A stretch of DNA of 63,878 nt, filler included, from Acetivibrio sp. (GTDB lineage Bacteria; Bacillota; Clostridia; Acetivibrionales; Acetivibrionaceae), in the NCBI RefSeq assembly GCF_035371925.1. It is 6 parts of 6 records of this genome, joined end to end, with 100 filler letters (N's around TTAATTAATTAA, not from the genome) between each part and the next. Parts side by side here need not be neighbours in the genome. Positions count along the whole stretch, not along the records: positions 45,404 to 56,353 come from NZ_DAORXT010000093.1; positions 56,454 to 63,878 come from NZ_DAORXT010000120.1; 4 more parts are not named here. The stretch is one strand, 5' to 3'. The notes below the pieces were generated by a model, which saw only the letters and a program-made list of their open reading frames with translations, was not told the origin of the DNA and ran no database searches. Position 1 is the stretch's first letter, and the number at the start of each line of letters is the position of its first letter. The position numbers and the translations under genes are program-made. Below, piece after piece: positions 47,696 through 57,740 of this stretch.

Positions 47696-47737
47696 AATTT
47701 ATCAAATCTCCTCCCGGACATTTTTCAATTTATTAAT

Positions 47738-50700
47738 TTATATTTTTGCCAGCAAGTCTGCCTTCAACGGCTTTTTGCCTTCACCCTGAGGTATCTCAAC
47801 TCCCTGGAACTTGGCGTAGTTTACTTTTACTCCGTCATCCAAATCAATCTTTATTTTCCGGTTTGCAACATGGGCAATTACCTGGTCATACTGCAAACAT
47901 TCTTCCATCTGCTTTAATATCTGTTCTTTTTTCTTTCTTGCATTGGCTTTTTCTCTTTGTGAAGCATTGGAGTCAATAGCAATATCCAGCCTTTTAATCT
48001 CATCTTCATAGGATTTTTGCAATTTATGAAGGTAATCGGTTCTTACCCTTGCCACTGTAAACTCATCATAACGGTGAATATAGACAAGTGCTTTAAAGCC
48101 ATCCTGCTTTCCGGAATCAAAAAGCCAGTATATAGGCTTTTTCTGGTATATTTGCACATGATCCTTGTAAAATTCCTTTATGAAATATCTTCTAATAGCC
48201 TGCCTTGCCGTTTCAGAAGTTTTTCTTCCAATTGTATCGGCAATGTAGTCCAAATTTTCTTCTAAAGTATCTTCACCGAAAGTTGCTTTAACGAATTCAA
48301 TAAACCTTCCAACGATGTCATCTTCAAAGTACTCGTCACCGGTAATGGGCAAAACATTATCCGGGTCAGGTGCAAAAGAAGCATTTGCCCATGAATAATC
48401 TTTATCGTCGCCTTCTTCATCTTTTACAGCCTTCTTTACTTTCCACTGCTCCCCCTCATATTTCCACTTGTCATTAAAATCCCCACCGGCACAAATAAGT
48501 CCCTCTTCGTCAATGGAGTACCGGCCGAACATGCATCCTACCGCATAGGAGATAAATGACTTTATTTCCCTTACCCTGTCGGCCTTCCTAACGGTTATAT
48601 CCTTTTCCTCTACTTCGGGAGCAAGCTCATCCTGCAAACTGTATATTTCTATGAATATCCGATTTAGCTTCTCTTCATTGACTTTCAGCCGGTCAAACCG
48701 ATTTTCCGCAAAGGCCGACCAATTATTAAACGCCTGTTGTATTGTAGTTTTATCTCCTTTATAAAGGAGTAAAGGGTGTTTTCTAAAGTCCCAGGATGTT
48801 TCGAATATATCCCAGTCATTACGTGACAAATTAATGTTTTCATTAACCAAAAAACTGATTTCGGACACTTTATCGGCATCCGGCAAAATAACCGGCAGTG
48901 AAGCAACATTTCCAACCTGAAAATTTAGAGTGGGATTAAGTACTCTCATTAGGACTGTCGCAATTTTAGAGCACAAAAGTCCAGTTATAAACAAATGATA
49001 TTCCTCCGGAGGAAACACAGAAGAACCTCCCACGTCAAAAATAAACCCTTGGTCTGAATATCTGGCCCCAAAATATGATGAACTTACAAAGGACCAGGTA
49101 ATTCCCTTCCTAAAATAATAACCGGGATTTCTTACAACCGATGGTTTATTATTTCGTATTTCTTCACCGTCATTCTCCCAATTAACAACATATTCATTGT
49201 TGCCATACCACTTTCTAAAGTCCCCGCCTTTGTTATAAGGAAACCATTTGTAGCCACTGTTTCTTGCAATTTCACTATTGGGAATACTAAACCCTATCTT
49301 TTTATAATCGACTTCATACCAAATTCTTAAAAATCTATCATTATCCGCCGTTGCCATCCCTTGCTTCGGTTCTGCAATTTCACTTAACGGTTTTCCCTTG
49401 CTAAAGCTATTAAGGACATTCTTACTCACCCAATAAGCAATCGGCATACCTAAAATAGTTTTAAAATTATCTGATGCAGCAATATAATACAGTTTACTAT
49501 CATTATCTTTTGCAGAAAGCATTGAATTTTCTTTCTCTTTAGCATCTTTTATATCAACAAGCCTGATAAAAACAGATTTATATTTCTGCAATAAAAAATT
49601 CTTTAGAACAAAAGCAGTTGTCTGTACAACTTCCCCACCTATTTCTTCAAACGCTCGCGGTCCGAGATGAATCATATTGACAATAGTTTGGCTGGATATA
49701 ACTTTTTCCCTTAGCTTTTCAAAGCTGGACAGAAACATCCAAGAATGCTGGTTAATCATCGCCATCATACCATTTCGCTTAACATACGGAACTTCCATAA
49801 AAGCTGAAAAAAGATCACTTTTGCTGTCGGGATATTTTTCCCTTAAAAACTCCACTAACTTGACATTCATACCCCTGCCGCCCATATAAGGCGGATTTGT
49901 ACACACCACGTCATATTTTTGGCTCATTATTCTTGCTTGCTTTACCAATACAGGCACTTTCTCAAGGATTATACTCCTATACTGATATTCAAATAAATCT
50001 CCCGTATCGCCGTCTCTTATTTCCTCCAACCTTCTTACAATATCGTCAAAATCAATAGGCTTTACCTCAAGGATAGAGCCATACTCCTTGGCATCATGAA
50101 ATATATCTATCAAATATTCGGCTTGTTGTTCTAGATCGCCATTGGATAAATCATTCAAATTTTCCCCTGACTCAAATCCTCTCTTTCCGTTTCTTGGCCC
50201 ACTCTCTAAAGATGAACCTGAGGCATTAGAACATCTTTTTTTGAAATAATCAACTGCTTCCTTTGAAATACCGTTACTTTCCTGTATAGCACATATATTA
50301 ACATTAAGCTTTTCTTTGAATATCCTTCTGTTCTTACTCCTCGCCTTCATCATAACTGCAAAACAGGCAAGCTGAGCGGCCCTGTCGTCTATATCCAGTC
50401 CGTACAGGTTGTTTTCAATAATAAGCTTTGGAATATCCTTTTCAGAATATCCTTCACTCTTGTAGATATCATAAAGAACGTCAAAGGCATACACCAAGAT
50501 ATGTCCGCTGCCCATGGCAGGGTCCAGCACCTTTATATCCTCCGGCCTTAATTCCCTGCTTTTAGCTCGCATTTCCTCCAACTGTTTTAAAACTTCAGGT
50601 TCCTGTTCTGCTTCCTCAATGTAATACTTCCACTTGGCTTTCAGCTCTTCATTAGGATGCCCTTCCAGCCACAGCCTTCCCAATGAATTTTCCACCATGT

Positions 50701-51457
50701 ATTTGACAATCCAGTCAGGAGTAAACAGCTGGGTAGCCGCAGGAATATTCTCTTTGGCTATCTTTATATTCTTCTTTAACCCTTCAAAAACTTCATCTTT
50801 CTTTTCCGATATATAATATTGGTACATCCACCCTATAATTTCCACTTGGTCTTTAAAGTCTTCCTCCGATATGTCCTCCACCAGTCTTCTTATTACAGAC
50901 CCTTCACCAAGAAGATTTGAAGGCAGAAGAATTTCTGTATAATCCTCAATCTTCTCAAACAATCCCGGAAGGATTTCTTTCAGAGCATTACACTGCCTTA
51001 CAAGAAGGTACCTGTACAAAGCTTCGGTATCATTGGCATCCTGCAGTTTATACACCAGTTCTCTGTCCAAATCAAGGTCTATATTTGGTGCTTCTCTGAT
51101 AATATCCGGCTCCTTCCTGCCGTGCTCTATAGAAGACAATACCCTCACACCTGTAGGAAGGTAATCGTTAACTTCCATGAAACGCAGGGCAATAAACCTG
51201 TTAAACCAGGTGTATGCAGCTTCCTCTATCACATTATCAAATCCATTTTCATTTATCCTGGCCACAAGGCTCTTTCTTTGCTCCATCTCCTCCATGTTCA
51301 AACTTCTGCTGCCTATTATCATTGTGTCTGAAGAAAAAACTTCAGGCTCTTTTATTTCCTTCTCAGTTATTCCTATTTCATAAGCTTTTTGCTTTATATC
51401 TTCAATGAATTTTTTTCTAGCCCATACTGCAAATTTCTTAATTGCTGCTTTATCCAT
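47738..51457 (-). CDS. pglX: BREX-1 adenine methyltransferase PglX (BrxX)
   Basis: MDKAAIKKFA.WAR, E.AAYTWFNR..ALRFME.N, IGWMYQYY, IPAATQLFTPDWIV.YMVENSLG, LDPAMGSGH, TNPPY, PIYWLFDSG, DLDDGVKVNY. Confidence 0.93.
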   Translation of the reverse strand: MDKAAIKKFAVWARKKFIEDIKQKAYEIGITEKEIKEPEVFSSDTMIIGSRSLNMEEMEQRKSLVARINENGFDNVIEEAAYTWFNRFIALRFMEVNDYLPTGVRVLSSIEHGRKEPDIIREAPNIDLDLDRELVYKLQDANDTEALYRYLLVRQCNALKEILPGLFEKIEDYTEILLPSNLLGEGSVIRRLVEDISEEDFKDQVEIIGWMYQYYISEKKDEVFEGLKKNIKIAKENIPAATQLFTPDWIVKYMVENSLGRLWLEGHPNEELKAKWKYYIEEAEQEPEVLKQLEEMRAKSRELRPEDIKVLDPAMGSGHILVYAFDVLYDIYKSEGYSEKDIPKLIIENNLYGLDIDDRAAQLACFAVMMKARSKNRRIFKEKLNVNICAIQESNGISKEAVDYFKKRCSNASGSSLESGPRNGKRGFESGENLNDLSNGDLEQQAEYLIDIFHDAKEYGSILEVKPIDFDDIVRRLEEIRDGDTGDLFEYQYRSIILEKVPVLVKQARIMSQKYDVVCTNPPYMGGRGMNVKLVEFLREKYPDSKSDLFSAFMEVPYVKRNGMMAMINQHSWMFLSSFEKLREKVISSQTIVNMIHLGPRAFEEIGGEVVQTTAFVLKNFLLQKYKSVFIRLVDIKDAKEKENSMLSAKDNDSKLYYIAASDNFKTILGMPIAYWVSKNVLNSFSKGKPLSEIAEPKQGMATADNDRFLRIWYEVDYKKIGFSIPNSEIARNSGYKWFPYNKGGDFRKWYGNNEYVVNWENDGEEIRNNKPSVVRNPGYYFRKGITWSFVSSSYFGARYSDQGFIFDVGGSSVFPPEEYHLFITGLLCSKIATVLMRVLNPTLNFQVGNVASLPVILPDADKVSEISFLVNENINLSRNDWDIFETSWDFRKHPLLLYKGDKTTIQQAFNNWSAFAENRFDRLKVNEEKLNRIFIEIYSLQDELAPEVEEKDITVRKADRVREIKSFISYAVGCMFGRYSIDEEGLICAGGDFNDKWKYEGEQWKVKKAVKDEEGDDKDYSWANASFAPDPDNVLPITGDEYFEDDIVGRFIEFVKATFGEDTLEENLDYIADTIGRKTSETARQAIRRYFIKEFYKDHVQIYQKKPIYWLFDSGKQDGFKALVYIHRYDEFTVARVRTDYLHKLQKSYEDEIKRLDIAIDSNASQREKANARKKKEQILKQMEECLQYDQVIAHVANRKIKIDLDDGVKVNYAKFQGVEIPQGEGKKPLKADLLAKI

Positions 51458-51803
51458 GCTGCCGCCTCCTTAATTTTCATGATTAAGCAAATTGCTGTCT
51501 GATTGCCGGTCTCCATATCACCGCCGGCTATTTTTTCTTTAAAAAGTCGCTAATAGTCCTCTGGCTTTATTCTTTAAGTTTTTGGATTATGAGGGCTCAC
51601 GCATCGATATTTTAATTATATCATCGAGTAAAATATTGTACAGGCTTTAGCATAAAGCTGTAATGTTTAGAATGGCAGAACAAAAAAAATGCCGTACAAC
51701 TCCTCATATCTTTATTATTGACATGCCATATGGCAATAATATAAAATAAATTGTTCCCTAATAATTTATAAATTAATAATTAACGGTAAGAGGTTATGCT
51801 GTT

Positions 51804-53402
51804 ATGCAAAATAAAATCAGTTATGAAGTAGAAAGAAGAAGAACGTTTGCAATTATATCCCACCCTGACGCCGGTAAAACTACTTTGACAGAAAAGCTTC
51901 TTCTGTATGGAGGCGCTATAAGACTGGCCGGTTCAGTAAAGGCGAGAAAAGCAAACAAATTTGCAACATCCGACTGGATGGAAATTGAAAAACAGAGGGG
52001 TATCTCGGTTACCTCAAGCGTTTTGCAATTTGAGTACAACAACTATTGTATTAATATATTGGACACTCCTGGCCACCAGGACTTTAGTGAAGATACCTAT
52101 CGAACTCTTATGGCTGCCGACAGTGCAGTCATGTTGATTGACGGCGCCAAAGGAGTTGAGGAGCAAACCATTAAGCTCTTTCATGTTTGTAAGATGAGAG
52201 GTATTCCCATATTTACTTTTGTAAACAAAATGGACAGGGCAAGCAAAGACCCCTTTGAACTCATGGAAGAGCTGGAAAACGTCCTTGGAATCCGCGCATA
52301 TCCCATGAACTGGCCGATAGGAACCGATGGAGATTTCAAAGGAGTATATAATAGAAAGCTTTCCCAGATAGAGTTGTTCGAAGGGGGCAATCACGGTCAG
52401 ACTGTCGTTTCATCAACCAAAGGCAGCGTTGATGACAAGATATTTGCCGAGCTTCTTGGAGAGCATTATCATAATAAGCTCTGTGAAGATATCGAGCTTC
52501 TTGATATGGCCGGTGATGCTTTTGACAAGAAAAAAATATTGCAGGGTGAACTTACTCCGATGTTCTTCGGAAGTGCCATGACCAACTTTGGAGTACAGCC
52601 CTTTCTTGAAGAGTTTTTGGAGCTGGCCCCGAAACCTGGCATAAAGAACTCTTCTGAAGGAGAAGTGGACCCCGAATCGGACAAGTTTACCGGATTCGTG
52701 TTTAAAATTCAGGCAAATATGAACCCTGCCCACAGGGACAGAATAGCTTTTATCAGAATCTGTTCCGGGTGCTTTAACCGCGGTATGTCAGTCTATCATG
52801 TTCAGCAAGGAAAAGAAGTGCGTCTCTCCCAGCCACAGCAGTTTATGGCACAGGAACGCACCATTGTTGAAGAAGCCTATGCTGGAGATATAATAGGTGT
52901 GTTCGACCCCGGAATATTCCACATCGGAGACACCTTAAGCGAAGGCAACAGCAATCTAAGGTTTGAAGGAATTCCGATATTCCCGGCCGAACATTTTGCC
53001 AAAGTTACTCCTGTGGACACTATGAAACGAAAGCAGTTTATAAAAGGTATCAATCAGCTCGCTGAAGAAGGTACAATACAGGTATTCAAGCAAATTGATA
53101 TTGGGGTTGAGTCCCTTATTGTCGGAGTCGTAGGAGTTTTGCAGCTTGAGGTTTTGGAGTACAGACTTAAGAATGAGTATGGCGTGGATTTAAGAATTCA
53201 GCGAATTCCCCAAAGACATGCCCGCTGGATTGCGTCGAATGACACAGATCCTCGAAATCTGACGTTAACAAGCACCACTATGATTGTACATGATGAAGAT
53301 GAAAGATATGTTCTTCTGTTTGAAAATGAATGGTCCATACGCTGGGCTGAGGAAAAAAATCCTTCGTTAAAACTGCATGACATTGCAAAAAGGGATTTAT
53401 AA
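51804..53402 (+). CDS. prfC: Peptide chain release factor 3
   Basis: RRTFAIISHPDAGKTT, SDWMEIEKQRGISVTSSV, DTPGHQDF, NKMD, FKIQANM.P.HRDRIAF. Confidence 0.97.
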   Translation: MQNKISYEVERRRTFAIISHPDAGKTTLTEKLLLYGGAIRLAGSVKARKANKFATSDWMEIEKQRGISVTSSVLQFEYNNYCINILDTPGHQDFSEDTYRTLMAADSAVMLIDGAKGVEEQTIKLFHVCKMRGIPIFTFVNKMDRASKDPFELMEELENVLGIRAYPMNWPIGTDGDFKGVYNRKLSQIELFEGGNHGQTVVSSTKGSVDDKIFAELLGEHYHNKLCEDIELLDMAGDAFDKKKILQGELTPMFFGSAMTNFGVQPFLEEFLELAPKPGIKNSSEGEVDPESDKFTGFVFKIQANMNPAHRDRIAFIRICSGCFNRGMSVYHVQQGKEVRLSQPQQFMAQERTIVEEAYAGDIIGVFDPGIFHIGDTLSEGNSNLRFEGIPIFPAEHFAKVTPVDTMKRKQFIKGINQLAEEGTIQVFKQIDIGVESLIVGVVGVLQLEVLEYRLKNEYGVDLRIQRIPQRHARWIASNDTDPRNLTLTSTTMIVHDEDERYVLLFENEWSIRWAEEKNPSLKLHDIAKRDL

Positions 53403-53423
53403 TATTCAAACTTGAAACTATTA

Positions 53424-53457
53424 AAATGAGGGTGGGCACATATGCCAACCCTCATTT
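53424..53457. terminator. Bidirectional terminator
   Basis: AAATGAGGGTGGGCA/TGCCAACCCTCATTT stem with one mismatch, between convergent genes. Confidence 0.7.
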
Positions 53458-53505
53458 CTTTCATCTGTCATATTTATTTGTTCAATATTCGAACCGCGTT
53501 TCTCC

Positions 53506-56289
53506 TTATTGCTTGTTTACTATTGTTTCTTTTTGATCTTTGTTCCTTACGTAGTAATGGTCTATAGAGCTTTCCAATATGTGTCCGTAAGCCCAGTAAC
53601 CTTCCTCAACATCGGTAAACGGTACCTTTGCTCCTTCAAGCGGCCCTCTGAACAGCATTTTGTTTATTATTGTAACAGCTTCACTTCGGGTTATGTAGTT
53701 ATCGGGCTTGAATAATCTCACACCGTTTTCCAGATAACCTTCTATCAATCTTACCCTGTATATTTCTTCTATGTAGTTCTGAGCCCAATGATTTTCGATG
53801 TCTGCGAAATTCGACTCTTCATGTTCAACATTTTTCAGCTTCAAATATTTAGCCAAAACCGTAGCAAATTCTGCCCTCGTTATAAAATTGTCCGGACGGA
53901 ATGTACCGTCTTCATATCCTGTAAACAGACCTTTTTCTGTCACGGCAATTATATTGTTGTACGCCCAATGGTTCTTCGAAACATCCGGATATGTTCTGCT
54001 GCCTGAAATCTCTTGCTTCAATCCCAATATATTTGCCATAATTGTTGCCACTTCTGCTCTTGTTATATTGTTCAAAGGCCTGAATGTATTGTCTTCATAG
54101 CCTGCAATATATTTTCCGTGGAAGTTTTCGCCAAATCTATTCGAGTAAAGAAGGAATATGGTTTTTGATTCATCGTCATCTTTGTTAATCAATGTTCCGT
54201 CTGCCGTAACGTAAGCTGTGGCCGAAGAACTTATTTCCGGCACATCAAGTAGATTTACCTTGACCTTGTATTGAATTTTGCCTGAAGAATTCGCTTTAAG
54301 AGATTCAATTTTCCATTCAATGCTATTCTCTTTTTGAGTACCTCCAGCCACATCCACAGCAGTGGTGTCTTCGGGTATTTCCGCCTTTACGACAACATTA
54401 TTTGCCTGAATATTGGTTTTGTTTTTGTAGGTGACGGTAAAGGTAATTACTTCACCCTCTTCGTATTGCGATTTGTCGGCGTGTATGAATACGGACAAAT
54501 CCATGGGATAGACAGCAGGGATGTTTGGATTAGGCTCTGTAATTTCATTGTTATTTTTACCGCCGTTATTACCACCACCGTTATTGCCTCCGCCGTTATT
54601 GCCTCCACCGTTATTACCGCCGCCGTTATTACCGCCGCCGTTATTACCACCGCCGTTATTGCCTCCGCTGTTATCTTTCTTCTCTTTTATTACAACCTTT
54701 TTACTTGTCTCAGGCGAAATGTTTCCGGCATTATCAATTGTTCTTGCACAGATTTCCGTCTCTCCCAATGCAGTTATTGTTATTACAGTTCCATCCTCAT
54801 ATTTTTCCCAATCTTTTGTAGTCGCACCTTTTAAGCAGTACTCGGTTCTGTTAACTCCGGACTCATTGTCAACTCCCGGCACAATTGTTGCCGTAATCGA
54901 TTGTCCTTGAGTCTCCTGCGCACTTGTATTAATTGTCGGCGCTGTCGGAGGATATGTATCAATATTAGTCACAACTTTTACAGCCTCTTTGCTTAAATTC
55001 CCCGCCAAATCCATACATACGGCATAGACTGCCTCATTAACCGACAAATAAAACTTGTCTTCATAGCCCGACCATTTGTCATCCTTGCCGACTTTATACA
55101 GTCTTGTAACAGCATCATCGGGATAGATTATTTCAATCAATACACTTTCTTTTGTCGGTATATTGTTGTCAGGTTTCTGCAAAATAATCGGTGTCTCCGG
55201 AGGAGTCTTGTCAATATTGCTAATCACCAATTCTGCAACTTCCGAAACATTTCCTGCCTCGTCAGTTGCCCTTGCTTCTATTTTGCCGTTATCATCCATT
55301 ACTACTTGGTCATTTTTCGAAATATCGGTTATTGACTGCCAAGATCCGTCATTTATCTTTATCTCTTTTTTCACAGCATCTTGAGGATAATACACCGATA
55401 CTACAACACTTTCGTTTGTTATCTCTGTTTTGTCCGGAACAAGCACCGGCTTTTCAGGCGGCACAGTGTCAACTGTAAACTCTATCTTGTCCGGATTTGA
55501 CCTTACACCCATTTTATCCACTGCCCAGAAATAAAAGCTGTGCTTGCCGTCTTTAAGGTTAAAGGGTGTCAAATCTATAGTTCCGCTTATACTCTGGTTG
55601 GTTCCGTCGGCTATAATGGAATCTTTAAAGAGATTTCCGTCCATGCTGTCATTATAACTGTCAAAGCTAAAGTACAATTTCAGCTCGTCACCTACGTTTT
55701 CATCTTTAACATAACCTTTAACATCAATTTTATAATTGGTAATCATACCGCGTTTCGGCTCCGAAAGATATACTTCGGGACGAACGTTTTCAGTATATTT
55801 AATCTCAACCTTATATTTATAATATTTACACTTTTCTTTAGTTACACTACCTTCATATTTTACCCAGGACCATTCTTTTTCTGTATCATAACCAGAATCT
55901 ACTTTTTTAAGGATTCCTTTATAACCGTCAACATCATAATTGTGTATTTCCGGGAAATCGTTTGAAGCAGGGTCCTTTATAGTTATCGTAACCTCCTTTG
56001 TGTGAGATTTCTCTTCATACACACCTTCCGAAACACTAACGGTTACTTTGTCTCCCTCTCTTTTATAAGACACTTTTCCCGTATCAACAGTAACATCTGA
56101 AATCTCAAAAAGATTCGGTATTTCAACTGTTTTTGAAGCCTTTTCGTTCATGCTTTCTTCAAAGTTTATAACAAAGGTTTTTTCTTCAGGTTTTGCCGAT
56201 ACAAAAGCTGCATTTTGACAAAGGACAGTAAAAAGTAAACATAATGCAACTAAAAACAACAAGGCTCTTTTACCCCAAATTTTCCTCAT
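53506..56289 (-). CDS. Secreted surface protein: Ig-like repeats, Gly/Asn linker, DUF11-like domain, three C-terminal SLH domains
   Basis: Signal peptide from ATG 56289 (RBS AAGGAG); D.TPP repeats; GYEDNTFRP...ITRAEV/F SLH motifs x3. Confidence 0.85.
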   Translation of the reverse strand: MRKIWGKRALLFLVALCLLFTVLCQNAAFVSAKPEEKTFVINFEESMNEKASKTVEIPNLFEISDVTVDTGKVSYKREGDKVTVSVSEGVYEEKSHTKEVTITIKDPASNDFPEIHNYDVDGYKGILKKVDSGYDTEKEWSWVKYEGSVTKEKCKYYKYKVEIKYTENVRPEVYLSEPKRGMITNYKIDVKGYVKDENVGDELKLYFSFDSYNDSMDGNLFKDSIIADGTNQSISGTIDLTPFNLKDGKHSFYFWAVDKMGVRSNPDKIEFTVDTVPPEKPVLVPDKTEITNESVVVSVYYPQDAVKKEIKINDGSWQSITDISKNDQVVMDDNGKIEARATDEAGNVSEVAELVISNIDKTPPETPIILQKPDNNIPTKESVLIEIIYPDDAVTRLYKVGKDDKWSGYEDKFYLSVNEAVYAVCMDLAGNLSKEAVKVVTNIDTYPPTAPTINTSAQETQGQSITATIVPGVDNESGVNRTEYCLKGATTKDWEKYEDGTVITITALGETEICARTIDNAGNISPETSKKVVIKEKKDNSGGNNGGGNNGGGNNGGGNNGGGNNGGGNNGGGNNGGKNNNEITEPNPNIPAVYPMDLSVFIHADKSQYEEGEVITFTVTYKNKTNIQANNVVVKAEIPEDTTAVDVAGGTQKENSIEWKIESLKANSSGKIQYKVKVNLLDVPEISSSATAYVTADGTLINKDDDESKTIFLLYSNRFGENFHGKYIAGYEDNTFRPLNNITRAEVATIMANILGLKQEISGSRTYPDVSKNHWAYNNIIAVTEKGLFTGYEDGTFRPDNFITRAEFATVLAKYLKLKNVEHEESNFADIENHWAQNYIEEIYRVRLIEGYLENGVRLFKPDNYITRSEAVTIINKMLFRGPLEGAKVPFTDVEEGYWAYGHILESSIDHYYVRNKDQKETIVNKQ
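54559..54666. repeat. 15-bp coding tandem repeat, (GGNNG)x7
   Basis: CCGTTATT recurs every 15 nt from 54563 to 54653. Confidence 0.92.
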
Positions 56290-56353
56290 TTTTGCCACCA
56301 CTCCTTGTACAATTAATATTGTTATTTCATCAGTGACTTTTGCCACTGTTCGA

Positions 56354-56453
56354 NNNNNNNNNNNNNNNNNNNNNNNNNNNNNNNNNNNNNNNNNNNNTTA
56401 ATTAATTAANNNNNNNNNNNNNNNNNNNNNNNNNNNNNNNNNNNNNNNNNNNN
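56354..56453. other. Artificial contig linker
   Basis: 44 N + TTAATTAATTAA + 44 N. Confidence 0.98.
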
Positions 56454-56506
56454 ATTTGAGTCACTTCTTTTTTATCATGTTTGGGCAATTAATTTTACAA
56501 CTTACC
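56454..56506. mobile_element. Probable end of an IS30-family insertion sequence
   Basis: Reverse complement reads GGTAAGTTGTAAAATTAATTG from 56506, resembling IS30-family terminal repeats as recalled (GGTA..TTGTAAAATTAA); abuts the rsgI frame, which has an in-frame stop at 56490. Confidence 0.5.
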
Positions 56507-56507
56507 T

Positions 56508-57677
56508 CCCAGCTTTGAAATTGAAATTGACGATGCGGGAAACGTTTTGAATTTAAAGCCGTTAAATAACGATGCAAAAACTCTTGCAAAAGGGCTAAAG
56601 ATTGACAAAACAAACGTTTCCAATGCCATTGATATTATAATAGATGAGACTATGAAAAGCAATGCTATAAGCGAAACCGAAAAAGATTGTGTTTTGATTT
56701 CAAGTACATTAAATCTCAAAAAAGAAGAACGCACCGAAGAATATCGCAATGAAAAGGAAAAGCTTGATATTATCATAGATTCAGTGAAAGAAAATATACA
56801 AAAGACCGGCAAAGCCGATGTATATCTCGTTCAGGCCGATATCGACGATAGAGAAGCCGCACGAATTGAAGGAATTTCTACCGGAAGGTATGTGTTGTAC
56901 AACAAGTACAAAGTTTTAGAAAACGATCTGTCCTTAGAAGAAGCTAAAGAGGTTGATGTTAATGAGTTGATAAAGATAATATCTGAAGATGAATCAAAAA
57001 AAGCAATTTCACAGGAAACATCCGTGCCAACACCAACAACGTCACTGATTCCTTCACCGGCATTTACATCGCCTTTACCGCCGACATCAGCACCTACGCC
57101 GTCTCCCACATTGAAGCCGACATCAACGCGTGCATCGGCGCAGCAAACGACACGGGCACCGGCAATAAAGCCTACTTCAACACCGGCACCTACAGTTGAG
57201 ATTACTTCAACACCTACGCCTACTTCAACGCCGACGCCTGCTCCTAAAATAGCATATTCACAGTTTATGAGATTTGAATCGTTCAACTATCGCGGATATT
57301 ATATTCGGGTTAAATCGTTTTCAGGCTACATCGAACCATATGTAGATCCTGTGGAAGATTCCATGTTCAAGATAGTTCCCGGCCTTGCAGACCCGAGCTG
57401 TATTTCCTTTGAGTCGAAGAATTATCCGGGATATTACTTAAAACATGAAAACTTCAAGATTATTCTAAAAAAATATGAAGATACCGATTTGTACAGAAAA
57501 GATGCAACCTTTAAAGTTGTACCGGGCTTGGCGGATGAAAATATGCTTTCTTTCCAGTCAATCAATTATCCTTTAAGATATATTAGGCATAGGGATTTTA
57601 ATCTTTATTTGGAGAAAATTGAAAACGATCTCGGTAGAAAGGATGCCACATATATAGGAATAAAAGCCGATGAGTAG
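56508..57677 (+). CDS. rsgI: 3' part of an RsgI anti-sigma-I factor with C-terminal CBM42 (AbfB) module (RsgI5-like); 5' end missing or interrupted
   Basis: PSFEIEIDDAGNV.NLKPLNNDAK periplasmic domain, STGRY, Pro/Thr linker, three ..FESxNY.GYY.RH CBM42 repeats. Confidence 0.85.
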   Translation, partial: PSFEIEIDDAGNVLNLKPLNNDAKTLAKGLKIDKTNVSNAIDIIIDETMKSNAISETEKDCVLISSTLNLKKEERTEEYRNEKEKLDIIIDSVKENIQKTGKADVYLVQADIDDREAARIEGISTGRYVLYNKYKVLENDLSLEEAKEVDVNELIKIISEDESKKAISQETSVPTPTTSLIPSPAFTSPLPPTSAPTPSPTLKPTSTRASAQQTTRAPAIKPTSTPAPTVEITSTPTPTSTPTPAPKIAYSQFMRFESFNYRGYYIRVKSFSGYIEPYVDPVEDSMFKIVPGLADPSCISFESKNYPGYYLKHENFKIILKKYEDTDLYRKDATFKVVPGLADENMLSFQSINYPLRYIRHRDFNLYLEKIENDLGRKDATYIGIKADE

Positions 57678-57740
57678 CAAGTATATTTTTATCACCCGTA
57701 CAATATAATCTTATAAAAGAGATTATATTACGGGTGAACT

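Noticed and set aside
34302..51457. A single 17-kb defence island joining the type I R-M locus with DUF1848-ARH-pglX
   Set aside because: An artificial linker separates them and contigs are ordered by size; no evidence of linkage.
1116..53402. Co-occurrence of prfB and prfC as a functional cluster
   Set aside because: They lie on different, unlinked contigs.
54334..54910. Plus-strand ORFs with VITAAVITAA or poly-Pro/Leu repeats
   Set aside because: Antisense shadows of the GGNNG linker. The many other short track ORFs nested antisense to well-supported genes were rejected likewise.
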